Position numbers and translations under genes: made by a program
From: an uncultured Chloroflexia bacterium
Lineage (GTDB): Bacteria > Chloroflexota > Limnocylindria > Limnocylindrales > CSP1-4
Direction: 5' to 3'
Length of the DNA stretch: 64,000 nt
NCBI GenBank assembly: GCA_963707215.1
Contig: CAVPPB010000003.1
Span: 480,001 to 544,000 of the forward strand
In this document: positions 60,714 through 64,000 of the stretch, piece by piece
Position numbering within the stretch: position 1 is the stretch's first letter
How the letters are laid out: each line of letters opens with the position of its first letter
Notes under the pieces: generated by a model
Database searches by the model: none
Told to the model about the DNA's origin: nothing
What the model saw: only the letters and a program-made list of their open reading frames with translations

Positions 60714-61358
60714 ATGGTCGCCGAACCCGTTCCGATCACCAGCCGAGTCCCCGTCGTCGTCATCGCGACGGATCCCCTGCTCCGGGCCGGCATCGTCAGC
60801 CAGCTGCGGACCGGCCATGGCATCGTCATCGTCGGTGAGAGCGCACCGGAGGGGGCAGTGGGCCTGATCGTCGCCGAGGAGATGGACGAGACGACCGTCT
60901 CCGACATCCGGGCGCTGCGTGCCCGTGGCATCAGCCGGGTCGTCCTCCTGGTCACCCGGCTCGACGACCGGGCGCTGCTGGCAGCTGCCGAGGCCGGCGT
61001 GAGCGGTGTGGTCCGCCGGAGCGAGGCGACGGGACCCGCACTTGCCGGCGCCATCCGGTCGGCCGCAGCGGGCGAGGGCAGCCTCCCCCCTGACCTGCTC
61101 GGACGGCTCCTTCGCCACGTCGGCCAGCTCCAGCGGCAGATCCTCGCGCCGCGTGGGCTCACGCTGTCAGGGCTGACCGAGCGTGAGGCCGACGTGCTTC
61201 GACTGCTCGCGGAGGGGTGCGACACGGCCGAGGTCGGTCGGCGACTCTTCTACTCGGAGCGAACGGTCAAGAACATCATCCACGACGTGACCGCCCGGCT
61301 CGAGCTCCGTAACCGGACCCATGCCGTCGCCTACGCGATCCGCGAGGGCCTCATCTGA
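60714..61358 (+). CDS. LuxR-family regulator with degenerate receiver domain (CIS-locus type)
   Basis: DPLLRAGI..QLR, LPPDLLGRLL and LTEREADVLRLLAEG.DTAEVG.RLFYSERTVKNIIH..RL.LRNRTHAVAYA; GGAGG upstream. Confidence 0.88.
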   Translation: MVAEPVPITSRVPVVVIATDPLLRAGIVSQLRTGHGIVIVGESAPEGAVGLIVAEEMDETTVSDIRALRARGISRVVLLVTRLDDRALLAAAEAGVSGVVRRSEATGPALAGAIRSAAAGEGSLPPDLLGRLLRHVGQLQRQILAPRGLTLSGLTEREADVLRLLAEGCDTAEVGRRLFYSERTVKNIIHDVTARLELRNRTHAVAYAIREGLI

Positions 61359-61391
61359 GCGAGGCCCGCTCTGGGATACCCAGGCGCCCCG

Positions 61392-62258
61392 TCAGGGCGT
61401 CGGGGCGGGCGCTGGCGCGGACTGGGTGGCTCCAGACGTCGATGTCGACCGTGTCGCGACGTTCGCGTTGATCGTCGTCCCGGCATTCCGACCGTGGTCG
61501 GTGTTCGCGTCGAACTCGGCGTTGGTGGCGGTCGCGGCGTTCTCGATCTGATCGATCCTCGCGTCGGCCGCGGCCTCGGTCAGGCCGACCAGCCTTGTGT
61601 GGATGTTCGCATAGGCCGCCTGGTCGATGGCGACGTGCTGCTGCTCGTGGGCCCGGAGCGCGGCCAGGAACCGGTCCCACTCTGCCTGCTCGGCCGGGCT
61701 GCCCTTGGAGCGATCGGCCCAGGTGGGGAGGGAGACTGTCTCGGTGACGGTGACGTTGGCGTACTTGACCCTACCGGAGGGGGTCGGCGTGTAGGCGATG
61801 TCGGAGAACTGCGAGGTGACGCTGCCGGCCTCGGTCCTCGCGGCGAGCTGGTTGGCGACGCTCAGGAAGTCGCCGCTGACCGAGTAGGTCGTGTTGACGA
61901 CGTTGATGACCGTGCTGCTGGAGGTGGCCGGCTCCTCCTCTTCACTGAGCTCCTCCGCCTCCACATCACCGTCGCCGTCCACCAGCTGGACCGGGACCTG
62001 CCGGGTCGACGCATCGATCGACCGCTGGGCGTGCGCCGGATCTGCCAGCAGGCTCGCGGTGGCCGCGTTGCCGATCCGCGGAGTGAGCCCGTCGACGATC
62101 CGGCGAGCCGACCCGCCGTCCGTGGCACGGACCAGCACGCTCCGGAGGAGGTCGACCCCGGCCTCGAACTCGGTGTCGGGGTCTCGATGGATCGCACCCC
62201 GGGCGCTGTCCGCGAGGTCCCGTGAGGAGGGCGCGCGTCGGTGAGCGCTGGCCTTCAT
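61392..62258 (-). CDS. putative CIS cargo: GNxA N-terminal motif plus HExxH zinc-peptidase-like (DUF922-like) domain
   Basis: RIGNAATASLL, HAQR, then LPTW.........EWDRFLAALRAHEQQHVAI...N.EFDA.TDHG. Confidence 0.65.
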   Translation of the reverse strand: MKASAHRRAPSSRDLADSARGAIHRDPDTEFEAGVDLLRSVLVRATDGGSARRIVDGLTPRIGNAATASLLADPAHAQRSIDASTRQVPVQLVDGDGDVEAEELSEEEEPATSSSTVINVVNTTYSVSGDFLSVANQLAARTEAGSVTSQFSDIAYTPTPSGRVKYANVTVTETVSLPTWADRSKGSPAEQAEWDRFLAALRAHEQQHVAIDQAAYANIHTRLVGLTEAAADARIDQIENAATATNAEFDANTDHGRNAGTTINANVATRSTSTSGATQSAPAPAPTP

Positions 62259-63091
62259 GCGTAGAGCTCCTCCTCTTCCGGGATGTCCTGCCGCTGGGCC
62301 GGCAGCAACATCGCGATCTCTTCGTCCTCCTCGTCCTCCTGCCGCTGGGCCGGCAGCGCCTGGAGGAGCTCCTCCTCTTCCGGGATGTCCTGCCGCTGGG
62401 CCGGCAGCATCTGGGCGTACTCCTCGAGTTCCTCGTCGTCCTGACGCTGAGCCGGCAGCATCCGGGCGGCGGCCTGGTCGCCGGCGGCCTGGTCGCCGGC
62501 GGCGGGGGAGGCCATGGCAGCGTCCGCGGTCCGCTCGGCGGCACGCTCGAACTCGTCACCCGGGTCCGACACGCTCAGGCCACCTCCGACCGGCGTCCCG
62601 GCGACCGGCCCCGAGCGTTGCTGGACGACGTGGGCGAGCTCATGGGCCAGGGTCCGCTTGCCCTCGTCCGTGTCGGGCGACCAGCGGTCGGAACGGAAGA
62701 CGACGTCGGAGCCGACGGTGTACGCCTGGGCGGCGATCGAGCGGGCTGATCCACTGGCCTGCGAGTCGTCGTGGACCCGGACGTCGCCGAAGTCGGCTCC
62801 GAGGCGGCCCTCCATCTCGCGGCGGAGACCCGGCTCGAGCGGCCGGCCCCCTCCCGAACCGACCACGTCGAGCACCGACGATCGGTCGCCTTCCTCCTCG
62901 GGGGACAGCAACCGGCTGACGGTGGCATTGCCGGCAAGGCGCTGGAGCTCGAGCACGGCCTGAGCGGTGGTCGAGGCTGGCCCGGCCGATCCGTCCACTG
63001 GACTCGGAGCGGCGGTCTCGTGCTCGACCCGCTCCGGCAGGGGCCCTCGGGTCCGAGTGGACCTCAGGTCCCCTTCCTCGTGCTCACGCAT
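62255..63091 (-). CDS. DUF4157 (eCIS core) domain protein with C-terminal LPAQRQ/acidic repeats
   Basis: LQRLAGNATVSRLL, GRPL.....EME.RLGADFGDVRVHDD...AQAYTVGSDVVF, LAHELAHVVQQR and VSDPGDEFERAAE. Confidence 0.9.
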   Translation of the reverse strand: MREHEEGDLRSTRTRGPLPERVEHETAAPSPVDGSAGPASTTAQAVLELQRLAGNATVSRLLSPEEEGDRSSVLDVVGSGGGRPLEPGLRREMEGRLGADFGDVRVHDDSQASGSARSIAAQAYTVGSDVVFRSDRWSPDTDEGKRTLAHELAHVVQQRSGPVAGTPVGGGLSVSDPGDEFERAAERTADAAMASPAAGDQAAGDQAAARMLPAQRQDDEELEEYAQMLPAQRQDIPEEEELLQALPAQRQEDEEDEEIAMLLPAQRQDIPEEEELYA

Positions 63092-63275
63092 CGCGCCGCC
63101 TCCTTCGTCATCCGCCAGGGCACGCTACGGCTCCGGACCGATGGCACCCACCGGGCAAGCCCAGCCTGCGCCGCCGCCCGGACCGCCGCAAGGTCCGTTC
63201 ACGCAGCCGGGCGGCGGACGATGTTGCCCCTTCGGGCAGCCCGTCGGGGTCGCCCGGCCCGGAACGGCTCCGGAC

Positions 63276-63600
63276 TCAGTCGATCTTCGAGCCGACCTCA
63301 CCGATGACCTGCTCGAGGAGCCGCCGGTCGCTGGCCAGACGGTTGTCGTAGCGCCAGGCGTCGACCTCGTCGCGGGCCCGGTACTCGGCGATGGCCCGGC
63401 TCGAGAACCGGCCCCAGGCCCGCTTCATGGTCGTCTCGTGGCTCAACCGGCGGGGCAGGCTGGTGGCGACGATCTGATCGACGAGGCCCGGGCTGAGCCC
63501 TGACGACTTCCACCGGTCGAGGACCGCGGTCGCATCGGCGATCCCGCGACCGCCGCCTCACCGAACGCGGCCGGCTCCTTGCCGTTGAGGCAGGGCGACC
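63276..63600 (-). pseudogene. frameshifted hypothetical gene fragment
   Basis: Coding-like frame ADATAVLDRWKSSG...WRYDNRL...EVGSKID* (stop 63276-63278) has no in-frame start; the upstream part appears to lie in other frames. Confidence 0.35.
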
Positions 63601-63783
63601 TTGCCCTCGACCTCCGAGCCTTTGGTCCGGGTCGAGATCCTCCTCTGGAACGTCGTCCCTAGACGGATCGAACGTCGGAGCAGTGACACCCGGACCCGAC
63701 CTCAGCGGGCTCGACTTGCCCAACGAGATCGGGAGCTCTGGCCTCACGAGCCGGGGCCGCCTCCGTCGGGCCAGGGCCCGCTG

Positions 63784-64000
63784 TCACGTCGGCTGCCGGG
63801 CCAACCGGCCGAAGTGCTCGCCGAACTCCGCCTCGTGGGTCAGCCGGCCGAGCTTCTGGTACTCGCGCTCGGTCGCTCGGACGAGGTCGGTCATCGAGAC
63901 GGGTCGCTCGTCGGCCGCCGCGAGGAAGGCCGCCGCCAGGCACACGTTCCGGATGTTGCCGCCGGAGAGCTTGAAGGCCCGGGCCAGGAACCCGACGTCG
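63784..64000 (-). CDS. C-terminal end of an AAA+ ATPase (Afp15/Pvc15-like), truncated by the window edge
   Basis: Manual translation DVGFLARAFKLSGGNIRNVCLAAAFLAA...DLVRATEREYQKLGRL; TGA at 63784-63786; this frame is missing from the ORF track. Confidence 0.85.
   Translation of the reverse strand, partial: DVGFLARAFKLSGGNIRNVCLAAAFLAAADERPVSMTDLVRATEREYQKLGRLTHEAEFGEHFGRLARQPT

Overview
Very GC-rich bacterial chromosome segment. Gene content and style suggest Chloroflexota (possibly Limnocylindria-like) or an actinobacterium-like organism; this is inference only. Left to right it holds: housekeeping genes (plsY, nnrE, mutY); a ~13 kb translationally coupled heme operon (Xis/BldC-type HTH regulator, hemA, hemC-hemD fusion, hemB, hemL, hemE, hemH, AhbD-like radical SAM, hemY with a C-terminal FeoA domain, feoB); a glycosyltransferase/aminoaldehyde dehydrogenase/kinase/SIS cluster; a TPP-riboswitch thiY/thiX pair; and an acyl-CoA ligase + beta-aminoacyl-CoA ammonia-lyase + acrylyl-CoA reductase operon. 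Next come metY-metX, preceded by what looks like a leaderless Met-rich attenuator peptide with terminator and antiterminator, then tRNA-Gln and glnS, and a complete CODH/ACS Wood-Ljungdahl carbonyl-branch cluster. The right end is the flank of a contractile injection system locus (AAA ATPase, DUF4157, LuxR, CisA-like protein, 'hydrolytic' protein). The best candidates for something undescribed are the Met-sensing leader-peptide attenuator, the heme-operon regulator with an exact 9-bp-period operator plus the HemY-FeoA fusion, and the putative beta-alanine to propionyl-CoA operon. Several genes carry single-base frameshifts that look like assembly errors. All calls come from reading motifs by eye; no searches were run.
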